IMG/VR virus record: IMGVR_UViG_3300037755_001060
Coordinates: 1 to 49,557 of that record
Strand: one strand, 5' to 3'
Length of the DNA: 49,557 bases
DNA from: a virus
Taxonomy: Duplodnaviria > Caudoviricetes
Shown here: one piece after another, positions 16,960 to 25,572 of the stretch
Numbering within the stretch: the stretch's first letter is position 1
Layout of the letters: every line of letters begins with the position of its first letter
Notes under the pieces: model-generated
Database searches by the model: none
What the model was told of the DNA's origin: nothing
What the model saw: only the letters and a program-made list of their open reading frames with translations
Program-made: the position numbers and the translations under genes

Positions 16960-18039
16960 CTACGCCCCGCCCGCCGGCGGCGCCGCGCCGGCCACGAGGA
17001 TCGATGTCACCGCGCCGCGCCGGGTCGGCAGGATGCGCGCGCGCGTCTGTTTCAGGTGGTCCTGCCGGAGGCCGTGGATCTCGGCCGCGTGTGCCTCGTC
17101 GTCGCAGATGACGCGCGCGTCGAGTAAAAGCTGGCGCGCCTCGAACGCCGCGGCGTCGAGCACGCAGGCCGCGGGCGGCGCGGGCGGCCACAGGCCCGTC
17201 TCGGGATCGGCGCACGCCGCCCAGGCGCGCAGCCAGGCGAGCGGCGAGCGGCACAGCCGCACCGGCTGCCGCGCCGTGAAATTCTCCCAGGCCGGATCGC
17301 CCGGATCGAAGCCGAGCGTCGCCGCGAGGCCGGTGCGCGCGTACCAGCGCGGCCCTGATGGCAGCGGGCAATCGCCGGCGCCGCCATCCTGCGTAGCCTT
17401 CGGCGGAGCAGGATCCTCGATCAGCCGCCCGTCCCAGGTCGGCAGCGCGAGCAGGTCGATCGCGCCATAGCCGGCGATGACCGGCAGGACGACGGCCGGG
17501 CAGCCGAACCAGACGCCGTCGAGCCGCCGGTCGGCGACCGGCTCCCAGCGCCCGCCAGCGTCGGCGCCGACGAAGGCGATGCGGGCGGCGCCGAGCAGCG
17601 GCCACAAATCGGGCACGAAGCCGAGCGCCGCCGTCAGCCAGGCGCGCCGGCGGCGCATCCGCGCGTCGATTCGCGACGCCATCAGGTCGAGAGCAGCCGG
17701 CCGCGGCAGACGCTCGGGCTGCGTCTCGATCGCCGCCGCGATCAGCCGCGCGCGGTGCTGGCGCGGCCGCGCCTCGCGCGGCAGCCCGGCATAGCCCGCG
17801 GTCTCGAGACAGCGCATCGCCTCGGCGGTGACCCAGCAGCCGCGCGGCGCGAGCGAGCCCGATCCGGGCGTGCGCGGGCGACCCTTGGCGCGCCGCTCGA
17901 TCTCCGCCAGCCAGTCGACGCGCTGCCGCACCTCCGCCGCCCACGCGCGCGTCTCCCGCGTCGCGTCGTCGCAGATGCGCCGGAAGCCCGGATCGGCCGC
18001 GAGATCCTCGACCGGCTCGACGGCGGCGGCGGCGCTCAT
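16960..18039 (-). CDS. phage replication-associated protein (degenerate Toprim-like C-terminus)
   Basis: IDLLA...W..RTG.A..LG...V.L.RSPL.WLRA...VLD...I.DDE.HA pattern seen in alphaproteobacterial phage replication modules; the fold call is tentative. Confidence 0.5.
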   Translation of the reverse strand: MSAAAAVEPVEDLAADPGFRRICDDATRETRAWAAEVRQRVDWLAEIERRAKGRPRTPGSGSLAPRGCWVTAEAMRCLETAGYAGLPREARPRQHRARLIAAAIETQPERLPRPAALDLMASRIDARMRRRRAWLTAALGFVPDLWPLLGAARIAFVGADAGGRWEPVADRRLDGVWFGCPAVVLPVIAGYGAIDLLALPTWDGRLIEDPAPPKATQDGGAGDCPLPSGPRWYARTGLAATLGFDPGDPAWENFTARQPVRLCRSPLAWLRAWAACADPETGLWPPAPPAACVLDAAAFEARQLLLDARVICDDEAHAAEIHGLRQDHLKQTRARILPTRRGAVTSILVAGAAPPAGGA

Positions 18040-18479
18040 CACGCGGCCTCGCGGAACGGGTTGGCCGCGGGGCGCAGCTCGCGCGCGATCTCGTCGGGCA
18101 CCTCGAAGAAGCCGAGCGCGCCTTTGAGCGTCACCGGCACGACCGGCTCGGCGCGCTCGAGGACGAAGCCCCACGGACCCGCGAACCACGGGCTCGAATG
18201 GCGGTCGACGCAGCGCTGCAGCACCGCGCGGCCGACCAGCGCGCCGAACCAGACGTGGCGGTAGAACAGGCGCTCGGCCTCGTCGACCGGCCGGCCGTGA
18301 TACTGCGCGATCAGGCCGAGCACGATGGCGAGATCCGCCCGCTCCGCCCGCCCCCACGCCTTGCCGGCATGGATCAGGAGCGGCCCGCGGAACGCCGTGA
18401 ACCACGTCCGGTTCTCGACCGGCTTGAACCCCATGACGATCGCGAACGCCCAGGGCTGGCGGACGGAGAGTGCTTTCAT
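18039..18479 (-). CDS. ASCH domain protein
   Basis: MKALSVRQPWA.AI..G.K.VENRTW.T.FRG.LLIHAG...G.LGFF. Confidence 0.92.
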   Translation of the reverse strand: MKALSVRQPWAFAIVMGFKPVENRTWFTAFRGPLLIHAGKAWGRAERADLAIVLGLIAQYHGRPVDEAERLFYRHVWFGALVGRAVLQRCVDRHSSPWFAGPWGFVLERAEPVVPVTLKGALGFFEVPDEIARELRPAANPFREAA

Positions 18480-18934
18480 GCGAGGGCGCTGCCGATGGCG
18501 ACCTTGCGCCGATGCTCGACGATCCGGATCGCCATCCGGATCTCGAAGAGATCGGCGCTGACCATGTCGGCCATCTTGACCATGAGGTCGGGCTCGCGCA
18601 GGCCGGGCACGTAGACCGCCGTCCACTTGCCGGCACCCTTGGCCCAGCCCGCCACGAGCGAGGCCGACATGCCGCAGGGCATGACCATGACGCAGATGTC
18701 GCAGGCGACGAGCGCGGCCATGTCGCGGCCGAAGCCGCGCTCGGCCGCCGGATGGGCGAGGCCGAGCAGATAGGTGCCGGGCGACCAGTTCTGCCAGTCC
18801 GGATCGACCTCGCGCCACCTGAAGTCGGCATCGCCCTTGAAGTCGTAGACTTCGTGCCCGTCGGTGTGTAGGCCCTCGACGACGCCGGGCTGGAACTCGT
18901 TGCGCCAGGAGCTGGCGACGTAGATCTTGGCCAT
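18476..18934 (-). CDS. nucleoside deoxyribosyltransferase-like (Rossmann) phage protein
   Basis: KIYVASSWRN..Q..VV..L...GHEVYDF...GF..D..AL...D.CV.V.PCG.SA...GWA.G.GK. Confidence 0.8.
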   Translation of the reverse strand: MAKIYVASSWRNEFQPGVVEGLHTDGHEVYDFKGDADFRWREVDPDWQNWSPGTYLLGLAHPAAERGFGRDMAALVACDICVMVMPCGMSASLVAGWAKGAGKWTAVYVPGLREPDLMVKMADMVSADLFEIRMAIRIVEHRRKVAIGSALA

Positions 18935-18936
18935 CT

Positions 18937-19098
18937 TTATTCTCTCACCCGTTTCGCGTCGCCCGGATCGGCGTCGCGGAAGGCGTCGGGGCCGACGCGG
19001 CCCCAGCCGTCGCGGCGAAGCAGCGCGCGCTGCCGCTCGCGCTCGGCACGCGCCCTCTCCTCGATCACCGTCCGCTCCAGCTTCTCGCGCTCGGTCAT
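18937..19098 (-). CDS. small hypothetical protein
   Basis: Manual: MTEREKLERTVIEERARAERERQRALLRRDGW... (53 aa), GGAGG RBS. Confidence 0.45.
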   Translation of the reverse strand: MTEREKLERTVIEERARAERERQRALLRRDGWGRVGPDAFRDADPGDAKRVRE

Positions 19099-19165
19099 CC
19101 GCCGCCCTCCTTCGCAGTTGCACCGCTTCGGAGGGCCTGCCCTCCGTAGCCTTGGCGAAGGAGGG

Positions 19166-20005
19166 TCAGCTCGACGGCGTGCCGAGCCACATCGGCAGGT
19201 TGGTCTCGACGGCGACGCCGTCCATCAGGCGCTGGAACGCGTCGTCGAGCGCGTCCTGCGGCCGGTCGAGGTGGTACCAGAGCACGAGCTTGCCGCCGTC
19301 GAGGCGGTAGCGCAGGCGCGCCGTCAGCTCGACCTTGGCGCCGGCGCGGAACACGCGCAGCTTCAGCAGGAACGTCTCGGGGATCTCGAGCGCGCCGTTG
19401 CCGACCTTGCCGTTGACCGTCTCTTCGTAGCGGAAGGCGCGCCGGCCGTCGGTCAGGCGCTGCGCCGATTTGAAGGCGACGTTGGTCGAGGCCTCGAGAT
19501 GCTGCGCGACCTCGAGCAGCTCGGCGCCGTCGGGCCGGACGATGCACGGCAGATTGTCCTCGATGAACTGCGCGAAGTCGGTCTGCGCCATCGGCTTGTC
19601 GTCGTGCTTGCGCCAGGTCAGCCAGTCCGGGTCGAGCGGCGGCGCGAAGGTCGCGCGGTGCTGGCCCCAGCGCGGCGCGGGCTCGGCGGCGTCGGCGCCT
19701 TCCATGGCCAGGCGCGGCAGGTGCCCGTCGATGACCGCCACGATCTTCGGCGGGTCGAGCTCGGCGTAGAGCCGCGTGCCGGAATCCTTGTGCTCGTTTA
19801 CATAGAGGATGAGGCCGCCCTCCCGGATGAAGGTCGGATGCCCGCGGCGCCGCGTCGGCGCGGGCAGCCAGCATTCGAGGTCGAGCGCCTTGTAGCCCTC
19901 CGGCACGAGAACCATCGGCCGGTCGATATCGGTGGCGCGGTGCACCAGCCCCAGCGCGCGGCCGGCGTCGAGCGCGGCCTGGAAATCGGTCTTCGCTTCG
20001 GTCAT
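19166..20005 (-). CDS. DUF2303 (YfdQ) family protein
   Basis: I.YVN.HK, AVIDGH, W.QHRA, M.Q.DFA.FIEDN, P.GA.LLE.A, IPE.F, ARLRYR. Confidence 0.92.
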   Translation of the reverse strand: MTEAKTDFQAALDAGRALGLVHRATDIDRPMVLVPEGYKALDLECWLPAPTRRRGHPTFIREGGLILYVNEHKDSGTRLYAELDPPKIVAVIDGHLPRLAMEGADAAEPAPRWGQHRATFAPPLDPDWLTWRKHDDKPMAQTDFAQFIEDNLPCIVRPDGAELLEVAQHLEASTNVAFKSAQRLTDGRRAFRYEETVNGKVGNGALEIPETFLLKLRVFRAGAKVELTARLRYRLDGGKLVLWYHLDRPQDALDDAFQRLMDGVAVETNLPMWLGTPSS

Positions 20006-20053
20006 GGCGTGAGTCTCCCTCGTTGGGTTGCGCGTCTCGGCAGGGCGGGCGGG

Positions 20054-20389
20054 CTACGCGCCCGCGCGGCCGCCGTCGATCGTGTGCAGCTGCTCCTCGA
20101 TGTCGCCCTGGCGCGGGTCGCGGCGCGACAGGTTGAACTCGGGCGTGATGAAATAGAGCTGCGCGTCGCGCTCGGGCTGCGGCGCCGACAGCTTGATCAT
20201 GGTGTTGAGCTCGACCGCCTCGCCGCTCTTCTTGAACGGCTTGACGTCGACCACCAGCGACAGCTTGCCGGCCCGGCCGCTCTCGGCGACCGCCTGGACC
20301 AGCTCCTGGAACTTGACGCTCAGCTCCTGGTGCAGCCGCCCCTTCTCGATCTCGCGCAGATAGTCCGCGAACAGTCGCGCCTCAGTCAT
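20054..20389 (-). CDS. conserved partner gene of DUF2303
   Basis: F...LR....G....EL....ELV.AV...G..G.L.L...P...F.T...NLSR.DPRQ. Confidence 0.85.
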   Translation of the reverse strand: MTEARLFADYLREIEKGRLHQELSVKFQELVQAVAESGRAGKLSLVVDVKPFKKSGEAVELNTMIKLSAPQPERDAQLYFITPEFNLSRRDPRQGDIEEQLHTIDGGRAGA

Positions 20390-21521
20390 GTGCCGCTCCC
20401 ATGGTCAGGGTGTTGAGATCGGTCGCGCCGCGCGTCGGCTCGGCACGGGCATCAGGCCATTGGCACCACTCGACGCCGTCGAGCAGGCGGCCGGCGCACT
20501 TCTTACTGACGCGGACGCTGGAAAGACCGGAACCGTCGGGCCAGAAATGAGTGCGGGCGGCAAGATCGGCGAACATGCCGTTGTCCCAGTCGTTCGGCAC
20601 CCACGCGCCCCATTGTTTGAAGAAGAACGCCACGCCGGCCACCTGACACTGGTCGCGCAAAGACCGCGCCCAATCGGGATGCATCGGCCGCGCCTTCGCC
20701 CCCGACTCGCCGCCGGCGATGACCCAGTCGAGCATGGGCCGCAATCCGATTGCCGCACCCTCGCGCCACACCGCCGAGATACCGTGTGTCCCGGCCGGCC
20801 GAGCGGTGCCGGTCGGATCGAGATTGGTTAGATCGATCGGCCCCAGCAGCGGCTCGGCGCTGATGAAGCGCAGCGCCGCCGGCGTCGACAGGAGGTCGGG
20901 GATGCGCCGGTCGGCCGTCGCCTGGTCCTCGACCGACACGCCGAGCCAGACGTTCGGCAGGGGCATCTCAAGCGCGCCATGCCGGTCGCCGAGATGCGCG
21001 GGAACAAGGTTGATCGCCCGACAGAGATCGGTATTGCCCATGCCATTTCGACTATCAAGATACGCCCGCATCCGCGCGCTGCGCTTGGTCAGCACGATGA
21101 AGGTGTGCTGCGGCGCCAGCGCCATCGCCGCGAACACGCGGTCGATCGTTTCGTCGTCGTGGAAGTCGCCGAACAGGTCGGTCATCGAGCAGACGAAGGC
21201 GGTGCGCGGCCGCGCGCCTCGCTGAGGCGCGCCCTTGCGTGACGCAGAATCAGGCGCGCTCCGGCGCGCCTGGCGCCAAGCGAGCGGCGCGGCGAGCACG
21301 CGCTCGTCGAGGAAGATCGCGACCTTGTCGCGGTCCTGCGCGGCGTAGCGCACCGGGTTGCCGAGCCGCTTCTGCCACGCCTCGGCATAGCAGTGCGCGC
21401 ACCCCGCCGATTCGTGGACGCAGAAATGCCCGACCTTCCCGGTCGCGTGATTGAGCGCCCGGATCGGATTCCACGTCACCCCGATCGTCCCCGGCCGATG
21501 CGTCCACTCGATCGCGGTCAT
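20382..21521 (-). CDS. phage Gp37/Gp68 (DUF5131) protein
   Basis: IEWT..TWNP, C...S.GC.HCYAE, FV.SM.DLF, LTKR, NVWLGVSVE, S.EPLL, WVI.GGESG, FFFKQWG. Confidence 0.93.
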   Translation of the reverse strand: MTAIEWTHRPGTIGVTWNPIRALNHATGKVGHFCVHESAGCAHCYAEAWQKRLGNPVRYAAQDRDKVAIFLDERVLAAPLAWRQARRSAPDSASRKGAPQRGARPRTAFVCSMTDLFGDFHDDETIDRVFAAMALAPQHTFIVLTKRSARMRAYLDSRNGMGNTDLCRAINLVPAHLGDRHGALEMPLPNVWLGVSVEDQATADRRIPDLLSTPAALRFISAEPLLGPIDLTNLDPTGTARPAGTHGISAVWREGAAIGLRPMLDWVIAGGESGAKARPMHPDWARSLRDQCQVAGVAFFFKQWGAWVPNDWDNGMFADLAARTHFWPDGSGLSSVRVSKKCAGRLLDGVEWCQWPDARAEPTRGATDLNTLTMGAAHD

Positions 21522-21979
21522 GCCGCCTCCGCGCGGTTGGCGATGTCGAGCAGCACGTCGGCGTGGCAGGGCCGATCGAGCGGGCAGAAGCACGCCAGGT
21601 TCCTGCCGCGCAGCGCGGCGCGGATCTCATCCTTCGACGGTGCCGCGCCGGCCTCGACCGCTGGGCCGATCGCCACCTCCCGCGAACCCGCCGCGAATTT
21701 GGGTTGCAACTCCGATTGCAGCGTGCGCCGCCCGAAAGGCGGGTCGATCCATTCCAAGAAAGCGCGCACCGCCGCCTCCTGACGCCCGGCGCGGTCGCCG
21801 CGGCACCCGAAGGACAGGGCCGCCCAGCAATAGTCCGACCGCCTGAAGTCGAACGGGTTGCCCCATCGCGTCGGCCGCCCGACATAGACCGTGTTCGGCG
21901 GCAGGTGCCAGCCGCGCGCACGGCGCCGCTGGATGCGCCTCGGCGTGTCCTGCGTAGCCCCTGGGCGAAGCGGGATCAC
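21518..21979 (-). CDS. DUF4326 protein
   Basis: RIQRRR..GW.LP.N.VYVGRP..WGNPF ... LRG.NLAC.C.....CHADVLL. Confidence 0.9.
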   Translation of the reverse strand: MIPLRPGATQDTPRRIQRRRARGWHLPPNTVYVGRPTRWGNPFDFRRSDYCWAALSFGCRGDRAGRQEAAVRAFLEWIDPPFGRRTLQSELQPKFAAGSREVAIGPAVEAGAAPSKDEIRAALRGRNLACFCPLDRPCHADVLLDIANRAEAA

Positions 21980-22605
21980 GCGCACCCCCGTCCGGTCGTC
22001 GAGCCGCCGTCGGCGGTGTTGGTGAAGTCGCGCCAGTCGCGCCAGCCGTTCGGGCAATGGAAGCCCCAGCTCCGGCACCAAGGGCCGGTGATGAACAGCG
22101 ACCAGCACCAGCGCGCGCCGCGCGCGTCCTCGAGCAGCTCGACGCGGTGCGCGGCCCAGGGCAGGCGGAACTTGAGCGCGCCCGCCGTGAAGGTCCGGCG
22201 CGCCTCGATGCCGCCGGCGCGGATGCGGTGCTCGACATAGGCGCCGCGCAGCAGGAACGAGACGTTGGGCCACGGGTGGTCGTGCAGCGCGCGATCGTCG
22301 TCCGAGCGCCGGACCTCGTGCAGATAGATGTTGAAAAGGCGGTTCTGCTGGATCAGGTACCAGCGCAGCAGATAGGGATCGTCGGCGCCGCCGATGACGA
22401 AATCGGGCTCGGGGCGATCGCGAACGTCGAGCAACCGATGCGCGAGCCGATCGGCCAGCGCGGCGCGGGCTCGGTGCCATCCGGCCCCGGCGGCGTGTGC
22501 GGGGGGAGGCGCCGCACCGCCGGGACCGGATGGACTCCGGGTGCCGCGAGAGGCGTCGCGGCCACGCTCTCCGTCAGGGGAGGACGGAAACTTGTCGGCG
22601 ATCAC
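21976..22605 (-). CDS. cupin-like phage protein
   Basis: YL.RW...NIYLH...SD.DRALHDHPW...S..L.G.Y.E...HR.EL...W.LF.TG...WGF. Confidence 0.8.
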   Translation of the reverse strand: MIADKFPSSPDGERGRDASRGTRSPSGPGGAAPPPAHAAGAGWHRARAALADRLAHRLLDVRDRPEPDFVIGGADDPYLLRWYLIQQNRLFNIYLHEVRRSDDDRALHDHPWPNVSFLLRGAYVEHRIRAGGIEARRTFTAGALKFRLPWAAHRVELLEDARGARWCWSLFITGPWCRSWGFHCPNGWRDWRDFTNTADGGSTTGRGCA

Positions 22606-22871
22606 GCCCGCACCTTCTCGGCCGGGCCGGCGATCATCCGCTCGAAGATCGCGGAGTCGCGCGCGTCGATGGGGCGGAACAGGCGCGGCCGGAAACAGCA
22701 AAAGCCCTCGGGCACCGCGGGGCCGGTAAGAACGAAGCCGTGGTCTCCCTGAGGGTAGATCCTGTGATACCGGCAAACCTCGTGAACCACGTAACGATGG
22801 CCGACCATCAACTTGGATGGCGCGGGAGCCTCGACGCAAACCACGACGCTGCGGGGACCGATGTCAGCCAC
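22602..22871 (-). CDS. hypothetical protein
   Basis: GTG start after GGAGG; VVCV ... F...LFRPI motif. Confidence 0.6.
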   Translation of the reverse strand: MADIGPRSVVVCVEAPAPSKLMVGHRYVVHEVCRYHRIYPQGDHGFVLTGPAVPEGFCCFRPRLFRPIDARDSAIFERMIAGPAEKVRA

Positions 22872-23241
22872 GATCGACCTCCGTCGCGATGTCGTTCGCG
22901 GGCGCCGGCCTGCAAGGGTTAGTCCGCCCGGCGCCCGCGTCCCGGGCCGGCGCTTCTGCCAAGAGGTCGCCGGCCTGGAAGAAAATCGGGAAAGTGCGGC
23001 GGCGGCAGCCTTGCGCGCTTGAATATGAGCGCCCGATGGACGCCCCCGGCCAGCGCTGGCTCTTCGCCTCGAGGCCGCCTTGGTATGCTCCGGCCCGCCG
23101 CGGGCCGGCCAGGAGTCGGCCGGGAACGACATCGAGATCCGCCGCGACGCACCGCGCGTGATCCAGGCGCAGATCTTCCATGACCGCGAGGAACGCCACC
23201 GGCCCCGGCACGGCGTAGCCCGAAGGGCGAAGCCGGCTCAC
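22864..23241 (-). CDS. hypothetical protein (CII position)
   Basis: Coupled to the Cro-like gene by a GTGA overlap. Confidence 0.4.
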   Translation of the reverse strand: MSRLRPSGYAVPGPVAFLAVMEDLRLDHARCVAADLDVVPGRLLAGPRRAGAYQGGLEAKSQRWPGASIGRSYSSAQGCRRRTFPIFFQAGDLLAEAPARDAGAGRTNPCRPAPANDIATEVDRG

Positions 23242-23531
23242 GACGCCACCCCCCGCTGGACCCGCCGCTCGGCGAGGCCGGCCAGGTGCTCGAGCGTGAT
23301 GCCGGCGATGCCGCGCCGCTCGGCCGCCTCGACCAGGAGGCGCCAGTGCGTCGGCGGGATCGAGTTGCGGAATTTCCAGGAGCGGATGAGATTCGGTGTC
23401 TCGCCCACATCGGCGGCGAGCGCGGCCTGCGACGGCCAGCGCTCCATGAGCGCGGCGAAGCTGTCGGGCGGCGGTGCCGCCTCGGCCGGCGCCGCGCCCT
23501 CGATCGTCCCCGCCTCGGTATCTCGCTCCAT
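23238..23531 (-). CDS. Cro-like HTH regulator (YdaS/carph-isopro type)
   Basis: SF..L...WPS...LA.D.G......W..RNSIP...W..LV.AA..RG; divergent from the CI-like gene. Confidence 0.85.
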   Translation of the reverse strand: MERDTEAGTIEGAAPAEAAPPPDSFAALMERWPSQAALAADVGETPNLIRSWKFRNSIPPTHWRLLVEAAERRGIAGITLEHLAGLAERRVQRGVAS

Positions 23532-23540
23532 GGTGCGATT

Positions 23541-23668
23541 ATTGCGCTTCGCAATTTTCCTCGTCAAGCGGAATATTGTGAAACGCAATAATTTGCCGCC
23601 GACACGACGTTACAAAAGGCAACGACGGGGGGTTTGCTTTGCCCGATGCGCGCGTTACGTTGCGCAAC
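23541..23668. promoter_or_regulatory. OR operators and rightward early promoter
   Basis: 15-bp palindromes ATTGCGCTTCGCAAT (23541), ATTGTGAAACGCAAT (23575) and the weaker GTTACGTTGCGCAAC (23654). On -, TTGACG (23567-23562) is 18 nt from AATAAT, just before the Cro ATG. Confidence 0.8.
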
Positions 23669-23686
23669 GCGAGGCGGCGGACGGGG

Positions 23687-24241
23687 ATGGTTATGGCGGA
23701 ACGCAAGCGCGCCGGGGGCGGCAAGAAGCCGGTCCCGGACGAGGTCAAGCAGGCGCAGGCGGCGCGGGTCAGGACCGTGATCGGGCGGTATCCGACCCAG
23801 GCGGCGGCGCTCCGGGCGGCGGCGGCGCGCGGCGTCGAGATCAACCAGGGCGACCTCACCCGCTACAGCGCGGCGAAGAAGCCGCTCAGCTACGCGGCGA
23901 TGAAGAAGCTCAGCCGCGCCTACGGCGGCGACGTGCGATGGTACGACGACGGCACGGGCACGCCGCCGCCCGGCGTCGGCGGCGAGGCGCCTGTGGATAT
24001 CGGGGATAAGGCCGGCTGGCGCGACAATTTTAACGATCCCTTAAGGATTGACCTAGAGAATCTCCCCAACGCAACAACCGGGGAGGGCCGTCCATTGGAT
24101 GAAGCAGCCAAAGCCTTGATCATACTCGCGTTGGAGCGGCCGGAGGCCGAGCAGATCGGTTTCCAGATCATCAAGCGGGCGGCATCGCGCGCAGCCGCCC
24201 GAAAAGGCGAGGGCGCGCCGCTCCCTCAAAAGCGGGGATGA
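23687..24241 (+). CDS. CI-like XRE HTH repressor
   Basis: A.RVR....TQ......GV.I.QG.LTRY.....PLS....KL...Y..DV.W...G.G; divergent from Cro; no S24 peptidase domain evident. Confidence 0.75.
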   Translation: MVMAERKRAGGGKKPVPDEVKQAQAARVRTVIGRYPTQAAALRAAAARGVEINQGDLTRYSAAKKPLSYAAMKKLSRAYGGDVRWYDDGTGTPPPGVGGEAPVDIGDKAGWRDNFNDPLRIDLENLPNATTGEGRPLDEAAKALIILALERPEAEQIGFQIIKRAASRAAARKGEGAPLPQKRG

Positions 24242-24348
24242 CGAACGTCATACCGTTGCCCCGCATCCCGCGTGAACGTTAGGAACCTCGGGGAGCCGGC
24301 GGCGGTTGCGGCTCCCCACCGTCCCGCGCGTCGTGCTATGATGCGGCC

Positions 24349-24792
24349 ATGATCGCGCACCGTGCCGCCGCAGCCCTCCTCGCCATTCTCGCCGTGGGAT
24401 CGGCCGGCGCGGCGGATCTGGCCACGGCCCGATTCCCCACGCCCGCCACCCTGGTCTCGGTCTATGACGGCGACACCCTGACCGTCGACGCCCATCCCTG
24501 GCCCGGCGTCACGATCCGCGCGCGCATCCGGCTGTTGTCGATCGACGCGCCCGAGCTGCGCGGCCGCTGCGCCCGTGAGCGCGCGATGGCGGTGCGCGCC
24601 CGCGACCGGCTGGCCGAGCTCGCCGGCCCGCCCGGCACGGTCCTCGAGCTGCGCGGCCTCAAGCCCGACAAATACGCCGGCCGCTACGATGCCGCGGTGC
24701 TGCGCGCGGGCGCCGACCTGGCCGAGCGCCTGGTCGAGGAAGGCCTCGCCCGCCCCTATGACGGCGGCCGGCGGGAACCTTGGTGCGCATAG
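24349..24792 (+). CDS. thermonuclease (SNase) family protein with signal peptide
   Basis: V.DGDT, IRL..IDAPE, DKY.GR, L..EGLA..Y.GG.R..WC. Confidence 0.92.
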   Translation: MIAHRAAAALLAILAVGSAGAADLATARFPTPATLVSVYDGDTLTVDAHPWPGVTIRARIRLLSIDAPELRGRCARERAMAVRARDRLAELAGPPGTVLELRGLKPDKYAGRYDAAVLRAGADLAERLVEEGLARPYDGGRREPWCA

Positions 24793-24805
24793 AAGGTAAA
24801 GGTTA

Positions 24806-24889
24806 ACAGGAGACGGGGAGGCGAGGAGAAGATGTACCGCGCGCCTGCGGCGCGCAACAGCCCTTCCTCCCCGCCTCCCCTTCTCCTGT
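24806..24889. mobile_element. palindromic element family A, copy 3
   Basis: ACAGGAGACGGGGAGGCG...CGCCTCCCCTTCTCCTGT between convergent genes. Confidence 0.75.
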
Positions 24890-24897
24890 GACCAATC

Positions 24898-25131
24898 TTA
24901 ACCGACCAGGTCTTCCGGCCGCGCGTCGGGCTTGGCCGGGCCGCTCCGCAGCATCAGCCATCGCCCGACCGCCAGCACGACCAGCCCGAGCAGGACGAAC
25001 GCCGCCATGTTGAACACGATGGCGAAGACCAGCTCGTCCTGGTTCGGCCGCCCGGCCGCCACCAGCGCGACGTTGACCACGCCGAGCAGGGCCCAGGCCC
25101 CGCCTACCGTCATGATGAAACCACCCAGCAT
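24898..25131 (-). CDS. small 2-TM membrane protein (immunity-region moron)
   Basis: Two hydrophobic helices, AGGAGG RBS. Confidence 0.65.
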   Translation of the reverse strand: MLGGFIMTVGGAWALLGVVNVALVAAGRPNQDELVFAIVFNMAAFVLLGLVVLAVGRWLMLRSGPAKPDARPEDLVG

Positions 25132-25199
25132 CGCACCCTCCTGTCGCTAGAAGTCCCGGAAGCCTAGCACAACCCGTCGGCACCCCGCAGCCCTCCGAC

Positions 25200-25259
25200 T
25201 TGCCCGCCATCTCGTCCGCCGTAGCCTCGGCGAAGGCGGAAGCCTTGGCGGCGGCGGGA
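25200..25259. mobile_element. nested family C palindromes
   Basis: CTCGTCCGCCGTAGCCTCGGCGAAGGCGGA (25211-25240) splits TTGCCCGCCAT|AGCCTTGGCGGCGGCGGGA. Confidence 0.8.
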
Positions 25260-25305
25260 GCGCCTACGGCTGCCTGCGCCACATCCGCGCGCGCATATCC
25301 CTGTA

Positions 25306-25357
25306 ATTGCTTAACGCAATATTTTCCTTGACCGTGATCATTGCATAACGCAATATA
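25306..25357 (+). promoter_or_regulatory. OL operators and leftward early promoter
   Basis: ATTGCTTAACGCAAT (25306) and ATTGCATAACGCAAT (25340), with the same 34-bp spacing as the OR pair; TTGACC at 25328 with an AT-rich -10 region 17-18 nt on. Confidence 0.85.
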
Positions 25358-25394
25358 CGCCTGTCAAGCGATTTCGAGGGCCAGAGAGATTGCG

Positions 25395-25568
25395 ATGAAC
25401 GATATCCGCACGCGCATCGAGCCCAGGCGGCGCCCGCTCACCGACGCCGATCTCGAGTTCCCCGTCTCGCGCGCCCGGCGCCGCGCCGGCGCCGCGCTCG
25501 AGGTCGCGTTCTGGTTCCTGGCCGTCGCGGGTGTCGCGCTCGGCCTCGCCGCCATCCTGATGGAGTAG
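25395..25568 (+). CDS. small membrane protein
   Basis: First ORF after PL; C-terminal TM. Confidence 0.55.
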   Translation: MNDIRTRIEPRRRPLTDADLEFPVSRARRRAGAALEVAFWFLAVAGVALGLAAILME

Positions 25569-25572
25569 CGCC

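Noticed and set aside
23541-23668. Self-targeting of the immunity region or own genes by array units
   Set aside because: Spot checks by eye (units 2, 3, 5 and 9 against OR, the helicase Walker A, the integrase and others) gave only partial matches. The check was not exhaustive; a computed gapped search is needed.
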